A DNA stretch of 64,000 bases from the human T2T-CHM13v2.0 reference genome, Homo sapiens: the NCBI RefSeq assembly GCF_009914755.1, contig NC_060935.1; one strand, written 5' to 3'. The notes beneath the pieces are model-generated. The model was not told where the DNA came from. It worked only from the letters and a program-made list of their open reading frames with translations, and made no database searches. Made by a program: the position numbers and the translations under genes. Positions 1-33,589 of the stretch are shown one piece after another (positions within the stretch are counted from its first letter, which is position 1; each line of letters starts with the position of its first letter).

Positions 1-1139
1 GGACATGGTGGTGTGATGGTCTCAGCACCGGGAGGATGCAGAAGAAGGCAGAGTGTGGGAGGCCAGGAGGGGGCAAGTCGGGGCTCAGGGAAGCTCAGTG
101 CTAGGGAGTGGCCTGAGGGCAGGAGGCAGAGAGGTGCGGGCTGTGAGCGGCAGGGAAGAGGCTGTGCAGGGGTGCTGCCAGGGCTTAGGTTGCCAGCTTG
201 TGGTCGCCATGCAGACATTTGCCCAGGCCCGTCCTGGCCTTGCCATGCAGCTCTCGCACCTGGGCCTCCAACACCGCCATTTTGTAGAGATGAAAACGAG
301 GACAGGAGGGCAGGGGCTCCTGTATGGCCAGCCCGAGTGTGTTGGGGTGGGGGCGTCTAAAGCCCACGCAGCCTTGGGGGCCAGCGTCTGGAGGTGCAGG
401 ACAGAAGTGGACAGGGGCTGGACTGGGGCAGGACGGGGCAAGAGTGAGGGGCTGGGCTTCATCGCGTCCCCCTGGCTGGAGGCTGGAGAAGCTGGCGCTC
501 GTAAGAGCCCCCACCCACCCTCCCTGCCCTGGACACGGTCCCCCTGACTTGTGCCGTCTGATCAGGCCTTGGCTGCCCCTCCTGAAGTCCACGGAGGGAC
601 ATGGGGCAAAGCAAAGGTTGGCTGGGTGGAGAACAGGTCTGGGGGCATGGTCAGGGCCACAGCAAGCAAGGGGCAGCGGCTTTTGCCTCCCCACCCTGCC
701 CTGGCCCCGTCACCTCCCAAGGAGGGAAAGGTGATGCATACGTGCCCGAAGAAACTGACCGCATAGGTTATTTTCACGCAGCCCCTCCAAGGCAGGCACT
801 AACTGAACACCTGCTTTGCGTCTCAGCTGTTGAAATGCCATCCCCTGCCCCCAGCACACCCCTGCCCCCAGCACACCCCTGCCACCAGCCCCTCCCCGCA
901 ACAGAGGCAATGACACAGGCCATACTGGGGGGAACAGAACAGCCTTGTGTTGCTTCCAGGCGCTCAGCAGAAAACCAGGCGCCTCAGTTTCCCCACTTGG
1001 AGAGTGGGCCTTTCCAGCGCACGTCGGGGGGCCTGGAGGTCACCCTGCCTGAGGGTGTTGGGGCACCCATGTGACTCTGGCCTGGGGGGACAGGAGGGAA
1101 ATATGAGGAGCTGGGGAGGGCCTGGGTGCCCGAGGGTGA

Positions 1140-1320
1140 GGGGGCAGCTGTGGGCCAAGGAGGGCTGGGCTGTCACACCCGCCTCACCCACGTCTTGGGT
1201 TTCTGGGCAGAAACGTCTTGCCTATTTCTGGACACCTCAGCTGCCACTGGCTCCTTATAAATAACCCACCCCAGGCGAGGGCCACGCTGCCCCCATCTTG
1301 TGGCAGCCGACAGGTGTCTG
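1140..1320. promoter_or_regulatory. Candidate muscle enhancer (MEF2 + E-boxes), presumed TNNT3 intron 1
   Basis: TTATAAATAA at 1255-1264 fits MEF2 YTA(A/T)4TAR; E-boxes CAGCTG at 1145 and 1238, CAGGTG at 1311. Confidence 0.55.
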
Positions 1321-2896
1321 CCCCGCCAGCGTCGGGCTGGGCACAGCAGGGCGGGGCCAGGCTCCGCTCCCTCCCTTCACTGACCCTCCTCCTCCTTACA
1401 GAGGATGGCCCTAGAGGAGTCTGTGGCGTTTGGGGCCTGAACCAGCTGGGAGGACAGCACGAGGGGCTGGTGGGCAGCCTGGGACTGGGTCACACCGGGG
1501 GCCTGGACAACACTGGCTCGTGGGGCTGAGGACTGAGGAGAGCCTGGCCCAGCCGTGGCAGTTACAAGAGGCTTAACCTGAGGGGCAGCAGAGTCTCAGG
1601 AAGAGATTCTGGGATAGGAAAAAGCTACCCCCGTTGCCTGGAAGACAGCTATCTGCTGGGTAATTTTGCATGGAGCTTAAGTTGCTCTGGGAAAATTAAC
1701 ATTCTTGACAGAGGGTTTGGAAAACGGTTCCCACCTCAGCAGTGCAACGTAGATGCATTTTTAGCTGATGAACGTGTGTTTTCCTTATACAACACTCCCA
1801 GGGGGGACCGTAGCTATTGTCTTCGAGTAATCTGTACTGTGTTGTAATGAACTTTGTTTTCTAAAACCCTGGCCAACATGCCGGTGCAGCTGCTCAGAGC
1901 CTCCCCAGGCCTGGCCGCCCAGTGTGCACGGTGGCCAGCTCACAGAGAGACGGTCCCCAGCATGCTGGCCTGGCGCCACCACCGCACATGGACAGGGCAG
2001 CCAGTCCTGGGCATGGAGCTTCCCCTAGACAGGGACAGATCCAGAGCATCCCCGGGACCAGGGAAAGCGGCCACAGGGAGGGAAATGGGGGGGCTGTTCT
2101 GTGGGCTCCTGCAGTCCAAGTATGCCTTGTACAGAGCCCGGCCCGGGGGGGTGCACGGGAAGCGGCCCAGACCCAACCCAACGTGCTCTGGGGCTCAGCC
2201 TCAATGTTTTCAGGGTACAGGGGTAACAAGAAGGAACAGCTTCCCTGCTCTGTGATCTTGGAGGAGGGGTCCTCAGAGGGGTGTGGTGGGACACACTCTG
2301 GGCACCCCATAGGAAAACAGGCACAGAAGGGAGCTTTGGGCTCAAATAGGGAAGAGGGGTTCTCATGGGGAATGGTAGGGTGAGCAGATTACTCATCTTG
2401 GGGAGCCAGTCTCGATCATCCAGGGGCTCCCAGGGAGACCCCACCTACACCCACTGGGCAGAGAACACCCAGAGACAGGTTTCAGCTCCATCAGCGGGAC
2501 CTTTCCAGTGTCTAGAGTGGGCTGGACGGCACACGGCCTGCATTCTGGATGACCCTCCTCAGGGGACGCCACGGAGAGGATGTCTGCCCTGGGTGGGGGT
2601 GGACGCCACGACCTTCCAACATCCCTTCCAGCTCCAAGATTCCAAGCTCCAGTCTGGAGCCAGGGCAGGAAGAGGGGACAGAGTCTGGGGCGCCAAGAGC
2701 TGGGAGGGGCCAGGAGCCCTGGAGAAAGGGGAGGCCCAAGGAGGTGGACTCACCCAAGGCCAGAGCTGGCCCCCAAACCCTGCCCGCGGTCCCCCACAGC
2801 GCTGCTCCAAGACCCCATCCCCCATCCTACACCCAGGCAGCTCGTAACTCTCTTTCCATCCTCTCTCTCTCTCTCTCTCTGAATCTCTCTCTGCAG

Positions 2897-2914
2897 AAAC
2901 CACCCACCTTCACC

Positions 2915-2931
<17 letters not shown>
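2897..2931 (+). CDS. TNNT3: TNNT3 exon 2 (first coding exon; ATG at 2915, MSDEEV)
   Basis: (TC)n tract + ctgcag acceptor, CACC-ATG start context, donor gtgagt at 2932. Confidence 0.97.
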
Positions 2932-18536
<15,605 letters not shown>

Positions 18537-18726
18537 AGAGGCCAGAAAGGCCCCTCGAGGCAGAGACCCTCCGCCCTCTTGCACACCAGGGCCGCTCGTG
18601 GGACTCCACATCCTCCAGCCCCCACAATCCTGTCAGGGGCTCCCTGACAGTCCTGGGGGTGGAGAGGCCATCCCGGGGCGTCCCCCGCGTCTGTGTCCTT
18701 GCTGCCTTCATCCCCTGGGGCCTGTG

Positions 18727-18732
18727 AATAAA
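18727..18732 (+). terminator. TNNT3: TNNT3 polyadenylation signal AATAAA
   Basis: First AATAAA, ~190 nt after the stop codon. Confidence 0.9.
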
Positions 18733-19639
18733 GCTGCAGAACCCCCTTCACAGTCTGTACTTGCTTCTGCATGGGGGCCCCGGAGGACACGAGAGGAGGC
18801 AGGTAGGGGCTAGCCAATGGCACAGCGTCCTGGTCATCCGCGGGGCCAGCTCAGGAGGGCACTGGCCAGTACGCGCAGGGCCAGCTCAGGAGGGCACTGG
18901 CCAGCACGTGCCACCTGCTGCTACGGCCAGGGCGGTGCCTGGATGCCCATCAGACGCTGCCCACAGCTTTTCCCTCTAAAACGTGGGCTCCATCCCCGCG
19001 CAAGCCTATAGGGCCCCTCCACTCTCCACTCCCATAGGGTCTTTGTGCAGAAGGGGGTGATCTGCAGGCCTCACCCCCAGCCCCAGACCCTGGCCATCTG
19101 CGCCAGCTGTCAATCCACTGGGGGCAGAGAAACTTTGCCTCGGGAGGGGGTGAGGGAGGAGGGCAGGGCTGCGAAAGAGACTTTGCCACCCCCCAGAAAG
19201 GCAGAGGCAGGCGGGAGCGGCTCCTGCGTGAGGGGTGCACCCCAGGCCCTGGTCGGGGAAAAACAGTGCAGGAGAGTGCACTCCCAGCAGACAGCAGGCA
19301 GGGAAGACACAGACAGCCTTCTCCGGAACGCAGGACAGCAGAGCGCACGCGGGTCGTAAATCTGAAAATCCTGACCAGAGAAAATTATGGAAAGTATAAA
19401 TCATAGAAATTGGATCAAGACGCAGAGACTTGTACAGCAAAATATTCACAGAGGAAGGTTTGGAGTCCAGAACGGCCCCCAGAAAGACTCAGGGGCGGGC
19501 GGGCGGCCACATCCGGGAGTTCTGCTGCCGGGGATGGGGGCCAAGGAGCGGGGGATGGGGGGGAGCAGCACGGCCCCCTCAGTCTGCGATGGGGTTGGGG
19601 ACAAGGCCAGGACCCAGAGGACAAAACAGAACCTCCAGA

Positions 19640-21069
19640 TAGCATCACACACATGTGCAGACCCTGCAACACACACACACATAACATCACCCCCCACAAC
19701 ACACACACACACACACAAACATCACCGCCCACAACACACACACACACACAAAATCACCCCCCCACAACACACACACACACATCACTCCCTACAACACACA
19801 CACACACAAAAACATCACCCCCCTACAACACACACACACACATAACATCACCCCCCCACAACACACACACAATCCCCCAATACACACACACAATCACCCC
19901 CACAACACACACAATCACCTCAATACACACACAATCACAACACACACAATCACCCCAACACACACACACAATCACCCCAACACACACACAAACATCACCC
20001 CCCACAACACACACACATCACCCCCCACAACACACACACACATAACATCACCCTCCACAACACACAATCACCCCCACAACACACAATCACCCCAACACAC
20101 ACACAATCACCCCTACAATACACATACACACACAAACATCACCCACCACAACACACACCAACCCCCACAACACACACACACACATAACACCCCCACCACA
20201 CACACACAATCACCCACAACACACACAAACACACAAACATCACCCCCCACAACACACACACACATCACCCCCCACAACACACACACACACCACCCCCAAC
20301 ACACACACACCACCTCCCCAACACACACACACCACCCCCCAACACAGACACATAACATCACCCCCCAAAACACACGCACACATCACCCCCAACACACACA
20401 CATAATATCACCCACCACAACACACACACACACACAAAATCACCCCCAACACACACACATACCACCCCCAACACGCACACACACATCACCCCCCACAACA
20501 CACACACATCACCCCAACACACACACCTCCCCACAACACACACACACACAGAAACATCACCCCCCCAAAACACACACACATAACATCACCCCCCACAACA
20601 CACACACACAGAAACATCACCCCGCACACACACACATACAAATAATATCCCCCCCAACACATGCACACACAGAAACATCACCCCCCACAACACACACACA
20701 CACAGAAACATCCCAGGTGTGTGACCCCACAACACACACAAAGAAACATCATCCGAGGTGTGTGACCCCACAACACATACACACACACGCAGAAACATCA
20801 TCCCAGGTGCGTGACCGCACAACATACACACACAGACACACACACACAGAAACATCATCCCACGTGTGTGACCCCACAACACACAGACACACACATACAG
20901 AAACATCATCTCAGATGTCCTATCCCACAACACACACACAGAGAACAACATCATCCCCAGGGATGTGATCCCAGAACACACACACATAGCAATATCATCC
21001 CTAAGTGTGTACACCCCACAAGACACACACACACACAGAGAAACATCATCCCAGTTGTGTGGCCCCAGA

Positions 21070-21102
<33 letters not shown>

Positions 21103-21625
21103 CATCATCCCAGGTGTGTGACCCCACAAAACACACAGACACAGAGAAACATCCCAGGTGTGTGACCCCATAACACATACACACACACACTCACAAACAT
21201 CATCCGTGTGTCCCCACAACACACACACAGAGAAATATCATCCCCAGGTTTGTACACCCAACACACACATACACAAACATCATCCCCAGGTGTGTGACCT
21301 CACAACACACACACAGACACACACAGAGCAACATCATCCCAGGTGTGTGACCTCACAACACACACACACACACACACACACAGAAACATCTCCAGGTTTG
21401 TACACCCACAACACACACAGAGCAACATCTCCCCAGGTGTGTACACCCCACAACCCACACACACAAAGACACAGAAACATCCCAGGTGTGTGACCCCACA
21501 ACACACACACAGAGCAACATCATCCCCAGGTGTGTGACCCCAGAACACACACAGAGCAACATCCTCCCCAGGTTTGTACACCCCACAACACACACAGAGC
21601 ATCATCCCCAGGTGTGTGACCCCAG

Positions 21626-21660
<35 letters not shown>

Positions 21661-22050
21661 CAACATCCCCAGGTGTATATACCCTACAACACACATAGGC
21701 ACATACACAGAGCAACATCATCCCTGGTGTGTGACTACACAACACACACACACACACACACAAAGAAAAACATCTTAGGTGTGTGACCCAACAACACACA
21801 CACAGACACACACACAGAGAAACATCATCCCAGGTGTGTGACCCCACACACAACACACACACACATAAGGAGCAACATCATCCCAGATGCGTGACCCTAC
21901 AACACATACAGACACACAGAGAGACATCCCAGGTGCATGACCCCACACACAACACACACACACATACAGAACATCATCCCAGATGTGTGACCCTACAACA
22001 CACACACACACACAGAAACATCATCCCAGGTGTGTGACCCCACAACACAC
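19640..22050. repeat. CA-rich VNTR (~2.4 kb) with two unit types
   Basis: Short units ACATCACCCCCCACAAC(AC)n to ~20700, then GAAACATCATCCCAGGTGTGTGACCCCACAAC(AC)n. Confidence 0.95.
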
Positions 22051-22796
22051 ACCAATGTGCACCGTGGGCCTGCACCCCCACAGCAGGCCTGCACATGGGA
22101 GTCTCAGCTACGCTGCGCCCAACCAGGCGTGTTCATTGGGTAATGCACAGGTGGGAACCGGGGTACGCCCGGGTGAAATCTGTTGGTTGGATGTCACCAA
22201 TCTTGCTGTGCTGCCTGGTTCTGAAAGGCCCCCCAGGAGCACCAAATGGACAGGAGGCAAGCAGCTATGCTGGGCACAGAGGTGGTCACCACCCATGGAC
22301 AGGGGCTCCGTCCCCCACGCATCCTGCAATTGGGACTGGGAGTGCAGTGGGAGCCCGTGGCAGCATGACGAGGGAAAAGGAGTCCGCGATCCCAGTGCAC
22401 AGCTCGTGCTCACCGCAGAGCGCGGGGTGAGGCGTCTAGGACTGGAACGAAACGACTTGGCTTAGTGGAACAGACAGGGACTGAAGCAGAGCCTCCAAAC
22501 CAGAGGACACGTGAGAGACAGTGACCAAAGCTGGCCATGGACACGAGAATGCCCCAGCCAACTGTCTGCCCTCTGCGGCCAAGTCAGAACCCAACTAACT
22601 AGAAGGCGGCCCTTTCAGCAAGGGTTAGAAAGTAAAAACACACCTGAATAGCTCAGGGATCAGAGGGGACGTGGTCAGGGAGAGTGGGTGAGGCTGGAAC
22701 TGAAGGAGAATGGGAGACCCCAGAGCAAAGCCCTGGGTGCAGCTAAAACAAGACAGAGGGAAATGCGAGGCCTGGATGCTTATATCAGAAAGCGGG

Positions 22797-23100
22797 GGCC
22801 GGGCGCGGTGGCTCACGCCTGTAATCCCAGGACTTTGGGAGGCTGAGGCGGGCGGATCACGAGGTCAGGAGTTCGAGACCAGCCTGGCTAACACACGGTG
22901 AAACCCCGTCTCTACTAAAAAAAAACAAAAAAAAAAAAACCAAAAAGTTAGCTGGGCGTGGTGGTGGGTGCCTGTAGTCCCAGCTACTCGGGAAGCTGAG
23001 GCAGGAGAATGGCGCGAAGCTGGGAGGCAGGTTTGTGAGCCGAAATTGTGCCACTGCACTCCAGCCTGGGCGACAGAGCGAGACTCCATCTCAAAAAAAA
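22797..23100 (+). mobile_element. Alu (AluY-like)
   Basis: GGCCGGGCGCGGTGGCTCAC start; GGCTAACAC and GAGAATGGCG diagnostics; A tail. Confidence 0.9.
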
Positions 23101-23333
23101 GAAAGGAGGAAAACCAAAAAACAAAGAAAACAAAGTATGGATTACCCCAGAACAAAAAAATAGAGAGGGGAAAGTATTAATAAGTATGCATCTAGTTTAT
23201 GAAATTAGGAAATGAACAAAACACTAAAACCAAGGGAAAGAAAGCAATGGAAATAATAAGAAACATAGGAGGTTAATAGAATGAAAAATAAAAATTAATG
23301 AAGATCAACAAAATTAAATATTGCTGCTGTGTT

Positions 23334-23633
23334 GGCCGGGCGCAGTGGCTCACACCTGTAATCCCAGCACTTTGGGAAGGCCGAGGAGGGCAGATCACTT
23401 GAGCCTAGGAGTTCCAGATCAGTCTGGGCAACATGGCAAAAACCTATCTCTACAAAAAATGAAAATAAATTAGCCAGGCGTGGTGGCAGGTGCCTGTAAT
23501 CCCAGCTCCTTGGGAAGCTGAGGTGACAGCATCACTTGAGCCCAGGAAGCGGAGGTTGCGGTGAGCCGTGATCTCGCCACTGCGCTCCAGCCTGGGCGAC
23601 AGAGTGAGACTCTGGCTTAAAAATAAATAAATA
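23334..23633 (+). mobile_element. Alu
   Basis: Full dimer with A-rich tail. Confidence 0.9.
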
Positions 23634-24059
23634 ATTTAGAAATGGTTTATGTGAAAAAACTAATAAATAGTCTAACATCTGGCAAAAAAATTAGTAGAAA
23701 GAGGAAGAGACACAAATAAGCAATGTCGACGAAAAGAGGAACGTAATGACGAAGGCTGCAGAGATGACATTGTGGTGAAAGAATCCCATAAACAACTTTA
23801 TGACAATTTAAAAACTGAGCAAAACAGCCCATTCCCAGGAGAAATAGAACATGGAATTGACTCAAAGTGAAGTTCAAACCTTGCATAGACTAATTCATTT
23901 TAAAGACATTGAACCTTGCATTCCGAATCAGGGGTGCAAAGACAAAAAAAAAGACAAGGAACCAGTAGTTAAACCTCCTACCAAGCAAAAAACAGCAAGA
24001 ATTTTTTTCAATTACATTATGACCAAGGGGGTCCTTTATTATTATTTTTTTAATTTTAC

Positions 24060-24361
24060 CTTTTTAAAGAGATGAGGTCTTGCTCTGTCACCCAGGCCAG
24101 AGTGCAATGGTGAGATCCTGGCTCACTGCAGCCTCAAACTCCTGGGCTCAAGCGATCTCCCCCACCTCACCCTCTCACATAGCTGGGACCACAGCTATGT
24201 ACCACCACACTTGGCTTTTTTTTTTTTTTTTTTTTTTTTTAGAGATGGGGTCTCACTCACTATCTTGCTCAGGCTGGTCTCAAACTCCAGGCCTCAAGTG
24301 ATCCTCCCAGCTCGGCCTCCCAAAGTGCTGGGATTACAGGTGAGACCCACCATTCCCGGCC
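24060..24361 (-). mobile_element. Alu (AluJ-like)
   Basis: Antisense Alu ending ...cccggcc. Confidence 0.88.
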
Positions 24362-24518
24362 TCGGGGGTTCTTTTTAATGTAATAATAGTTGTACATCAG
24401 AAAACTGAATGATGTAGTGATTCACAACACATAAAGCATGTAAAGACTACAAAAAATTTTGGATAAAATATAACACCACTCATAGATAGACATTCTGGTC
24501 AACTAAGAACAGAAGGGA

Positions 24519-25156
<638 letters not shown>

Positions 25157-25692
25157 TAACTACAGTTTTTAATAAGTGAACTTCTCTTCATCAAAAGACA
25201 CCATAAACCAAGCCAAAAAAAACAAGCCATCTTTTGGGAGGAGATGTTTGTAACACATATCACTGATCAAGAATTAGTTTTCACTATCTAAAAAGAAGGT
25301 AGGACACCATTAGAAAAAAGGCAAGCAACTGAATAGAAAAATGGGCGAGAGGAGGTGACAGGCAGCTGGCAGAGAAGAGAACCTGAATGGTCAGCACACC
25401 CATGAAAGGGGAAACCAAATTAAAACTGCAAAGTGGATGAACAAAATATAAACATCAGTCTGGAGAAGGAAAAGTTCATTTCTGCAGAACACCAGCTCAG
25501 CGGAGGTGAAATGATAGCGTTAAGAATGCACCATTTTGCAACCATTGATGGGATCGTTGATTGAGACAAGGATTGTCACTGGACGCCCAAGTCGCAGGTG
25601 AAAGTTAACGGGGGTCAGAATGTTCAGTTTCGAAGAACCACCTGATTGATTACTTATAAAGTTAAAAGGGTGTCTTGAAAATAGAGAACCCC

Positions 25693-26073
<381 letters not shown>

Positions 26074-26428
26074 TCACTGCAAAGAATCAGAAAACCTCCA
26101 CACATTCACCAAGAGGAGAATGGACAGGTACACCGTCGTGTATTCATAGATGGGTTCTGCACGATTACAGCTGACCTGCGGCTGTGAGCCACCAATGGCG
26201 AAGTCCCGGACACAGCAACCACATTGGGGTGGGGGTGAAAGAGTTGCAAAAGGAAAAATCATGCTACTTACATGAAATTTAAACAATAGTTTTATATTTT
26301 AAAATATCACTTGCACCTGGATATACAGAACACACACTTATGATGAAACGTCCCTGCCAGCAGAGCAGAGGATTCCACCACAAAGGAGCTGCACAGAGCC
26401 CTCAACTCAGATGAAGCCATCACGTTGT

Positions 26429-27137
26429 ATTTCTTCTTCTTCTTCTTCTTCTTTTTTTCTCAGATAGGGTCTCACTGTGTTGCCCAGGCTGGAGTGCAAT
26501 GACACCACCACGGCTGACTGCAGCCTCAACCTCCCAGGCTCAGGTGATCCTCCCATCTCAGCCTCCTGAGTAGCTGGAACTACAGGTGCCCACTGCCATG
26601 CCTGGCTAACTTTTGTTTTTGTTTTTGTTTTTGAGACGGAGTCTTGTTCTGTCGCCGAGCTGGAGTGCAGTGATGATCTTGGCTCACTGCAACCTCCGAC
26701 TCCTGGGTTCAAGCAATTCTCCTGCCTCAGTCTCCCGAGTAGCTGGGATTACAGGCACGTGCCACCACGCCCGGCTAATTTTTGTATTTTTAGTAGAGAT
26801 GGGGTTTCACCGTGTTGGCTAGGATGGTCTCGATCTCCTGACCTCGTGATCCGCCCACCTCAGCCTCCCAAAGTGCTGGGATTACAGGCATGAGCCACCG
26901 CGCCCGGCCCCAACTTCTGTATTTTTTGTAGAGACTCACTGTGTTGCCCAGGCTAGTCTCAAACTCCTGGACTCGAGCCTCGCAAAGTGCTGGGATTACA
27001 GGTGTGAGCCGCCGTACCCAGGCCCAACTTTTGTATTTTTTGTAGAGACTCACTGTGTTGCCCAGGCTAGTCTCAAACTCCTGGACTCGAGCCTCCCAAA
27101 GTGCTGGGATTACAGGCGTGAGCTACCATGCCCAGCC
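26429..27137 (-). mobile_element. Nested antisense Alus with a ~114-bp tandem duplication of a left-arm fragment
   Basis: Alu at 26612-26908 inside an older Alu; CAACTT.TGTATTTTTTGTAGAGACTCACTGTGTTGCCC recurs at 26911 and 27025. Confidence 0.85.
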
Positions 27138-27299
27138 ATGTTGTCTTTCTTAAGCTAAGTGGGGGCTGGGTAGATGGGGGCTCTTCCTAACTTTATTTAT
27201 GCCTACTGGCATAGTTTGAATAGTTCCTAATTGTTAACTATAGGGGGAAGGGCATTTGCTAAAAGTCAATTCTTGTTTCTGAAAGCAAAACAACACGAA

Positions 27300-28050
27300 G
27301 GCTCAAGAAACTATAGAAAACTATAAATAAGCACTTCCTTTATCTCCCCTTGCTGGGGGAACACTAAGGCGTTCCAGCCCAAGACAGGAACCAAAGAAGG
27401 ATGCCTGCTTTTACCATTACTGTTCGACCCTGGTCTGGAAATGAAGGACAATGCCAATGATGTGAGGCGGAAATGAGACGTATAAGTTCTGGAAAGGAGG
27501 AGCCAAAACAGCACATTCCTAGGAGCCCCCAGAGAGTCGGCGGAAGAGTTTTCAGAAAGAATGAGAGAATTCAGGAACGCGGCCAGATGCAAAATACATA
27601 TTTTAAATCAGTTTTTAAAATTATCTTCCAACAACCACCAGCTAGAAGATAAAGTAGAATTTGAACATTTTTTACTCTAAAAAAACCCAAACAAGAGTAT
27701 AAAGTACTTAGCGACGGTCCTCTTGAAAAGTGTTTGGAATCTGTAGCAAGAAAATGACAAACTTGAATGACAAATGTAAGAAAAAAACTTTTGAAAAAAC
27801 AAAAGAAAAAAAATGGGTAGGGAGTTTGACTCTCACAAAAAATCATTTCTTTCCAAATCAATGTGTAGCCTTATCAGATTTTCAGCCAACATTCTAGTGA
27901 GTTTATTTGGGGGTGGGGGTGGGCGGGGGTGGGGAGATACTTGGCAAAAAGAAGCTGAAATTCGTACAGGAGAAACACGAAGGAACGGCCAAGAACATTT
28001 GGAACATCAGAGCCGAATTCAAAAGTGAAGGTGATGTAGCAGATTCATAT
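27300..28050 (+). mobile_element. Degraded L1M ORF2 (RT region)
   Basis: aagacaggaaccaaagaaggatgcctgcttttaccattactgttc resembles the L1 RT GTRQGCPLSPLLFN segment. Confidence 0.65.
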
Positions 28051-28526
28051 TTAGAGCTCCCCGCAGACCAGCAGTCAGACAAAGCGTCTTTGGCCCTGGC
28101 CCTGTTAACTCTCACAGCAGGCTGAGGAGGTAGATGCTCTTATCCTTGGAGTCTTCCCAGAGAGCAAACTGAAGCTCAGAGGGGGTTGAACAAAATCCTG
28201 AAGGTCACACAGCTACGAGGCAGTGCAGTCAACTCTGAGACCGTGACTCCTGACTTCACAGCCACATCTTCTGTAGGTCGTAACACGGATCCTCATTCCA
28301 CAATACCTATCCCGCAATGTTGTGTATGCACGGGAACCTGGGGGTGGCACGGTCGAGGGAGTCTGGCGGGGATATTTCATAAAAGAGGTCGAGAAAATCA
28401 GGTATGCACTGGGGAGGAAAAAAAGGCAGTGAGATTTGCTCTCCACATCAAATGCCAAAATACATTCCAGGTGAATTACAGAGGCTACGACATGTGAAAA
28501 AAAAAATGGTTAAAAATAAAGCTAGA

Positions 28527-28824
28527 GGCCGGGCGCGGTGGCTCACGCTTGTTATCCCAGCACTTTGGGAGGCCGGGGCGGTTGGATCACCTGAGGTTAG
28601 GAGTTCGAGACGTGCCTGGCCAACATGGCAAAACCCTGTCTCTACTAAAAATATAAAAAAATAAGCCGGGCATGGTGGCGGGAGTCTGTAATCCCAACTA
28701 CTGGGGAGGCTTAGGCAGGAGAATCACTTGAACCCTGGAGGCCGAGGTTGCAGTGAGCCAAGATTGCGCCACTGCACTCCAGCCTGGACAACAGAGCGAG
28801 ACTCCATCTCGAATAGATAAATAA
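28527..28824 (+). mobile_element. Alu
   Basis: Full dimer; aaataa(a)gctaga repeated on both flanks as a TSD. Confidence 0.9.
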
Positions 28825-28999
28825 GCTAGAGAGATGTGTGCTGCACACTTATCTGCTTTCATGCTGGGGAACAATGTTTCCAGCTTTAGAACAGTGGAAA
28901 CATGATGGAAGAAAAGGGCAGCTCAGCCCATTTCACCACTTCACCATTTCAAGTTTCTGTCTATCCAAACATGTCCACCAAAATTAAAAGGCAGATTTC

Positions 29000-32032
<3,033 letters not shown>

Positions 32033-33025
32033 TAGAGCTTCCAGCGGCCCCCAGGAGCTCTGACTGACCAATGGAGGACCCACAGGGCCCACTGTGCCCT
32101 CTGCTCTCTCAGAGCAGCTGGGGATCGTGGGAAGTTCTCTCTTGGATTCCAAAGCTCCATGGATGTGTGTTTTGAGCCATCTGAGTTTGCTTGAGCAAAT
32201 TTTTTTATCTAAGCTGGGTTCAGAAGTCGTGACAGAAACTGGACTGGGTCCAGGATGGAATCTGATTTGATCATTCACTGGCTTGGATGCAGTTAGAGGC
32301 CTTGTGTGTCTTGACTGGGTCAGGCGGAAACTGGCTGTAAATGGCAGGGCTGCAGGAGGTGCACACTCCAGCTTTTGGACATTCACAAGGATGTTCGTGT
32401 TCTACTCTCTTGGTTTCTTTTTCTTGCACACTAAGGCAGGGAAAAATCATTGCTCAGTTGATCACGAGGATCTAAGAGCCAAAGCCAAGATTTAATGTAA
32501 AATGGGATCCTTCATCTCTGAAAAACCGAGCACCTTCTGGCTCGTATGTCCGTACGTGTTAGGTCCCGGACGCGGCAGATGTTTACAGAAATGGTGGCAT
32601 CTTACTAAAGGTGAATGAAAATTACGGTGGGATGTTCCAAGTGAACACCACTGCACTTTAAGAAGTGCACCTAAAAACAAGGGCTCCTAATTAGCCTCAT
32701 CAGGGATGCCAATTGATGTGAAGAAGCTTCTAAAATGATTTCAGTATTTTTACTCCCTCTTTTAAAAGTGTCTGCACAAAAGGCAAATGAGGCCTGGCAA
32801 GGTGGCCCATGCCTGTAATTCCAGCACTTTGAGAGGCCAAGGTGGGAAGATTGCTTAAGCCCTGGAGTTTGAGACCAGCCTGGGCGATACAGTGAGACAC
32901 CCGCCCCCCACCCCCCGCTCCACAGCTCCCCACTATCTCTACGGAAAAAAAAAAATTAGCCAGGCACGGTAGCACTCACCTGTAGTCCCAGCTGCTTAGG
33001 AGGCTGAGGCGGGAGGCAGAGGCTG

Positions 33026-33589
33026 TGTCTGAGGCGTGTGAACCAGAGCGACTCCATCTTGAACAGGGGCTGGGTAAAATGAGACTGAGTCCTACTGGGC
33101 TGCATTCCCACATGGTCAGGCATTCTAAGTCACTGGATGAGACAGGAGGTCGGCACAAGATACAGGTCATAAAAACCTTGCTGATAAAACAGGTTGCAGT
33201 AAAGAAGCCGGCTAAAATGCACCAAAACCAAGATGGTGACGAGAGTGACCTCTGGTCGTCCTCACTGCTACACTCCCACCAGCACCATGACAGTTTACAG
33301 ATGCCGTGGCAACGTCAGGAAGTTACCCTGTATGGCCTAAAAAGCAGGGGTGGGGGGCATGAGTAATCCACCCCTGGTTTAGCATCTCATCAAGAAATAA
33401 CCAAAAAATGGGCAACCAGCAGCTCTCGGGGCTGCTCGGTCTATGGAGTAGCCATTCTTTATTCCTTTACTTTCTTAGTAAACTTGTTTTTGCTTTGCGC
33501 CGTGGACTCACCCTGAATTCTTTCTTGCACAGGATCCAAATCCAAGAACCCTCTCTTGGGGTCTGGATCAGGACCCCTCTCCTGTAACA
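33026..33589 (+). mobile_element. Solo LTR MER41A inserted in an Alu (Alu ~32791-33665)
   Basis: TGTC.GAGGCG.GTGAACCAGAGC.ACTCCATCTTGAA...GGACCCCTCTCCTGTAACA; Alu right arm resumes at 33590. Confidence 0.85.

Noticed and set aside
1255-1264. TATAAATA as the main TNNT3 TATA box
   Set aside because: I found no convincing short exon 1 with a strong donor downstream. From recalled gene size, exon 1 should lie just before the window, so a MEF2 site is the better reading.
18843-18910. Short two-copy duplications (here ~35 bp; also ~14258, ~29048, ~56395, ~58355)
   Set aside because: Ordinary slippage duplications with no evident functional context
19387-22465. His/Thr- and Cys/Val-rich ORFs
   Set aside because: Translations of the CA-rich VNTR
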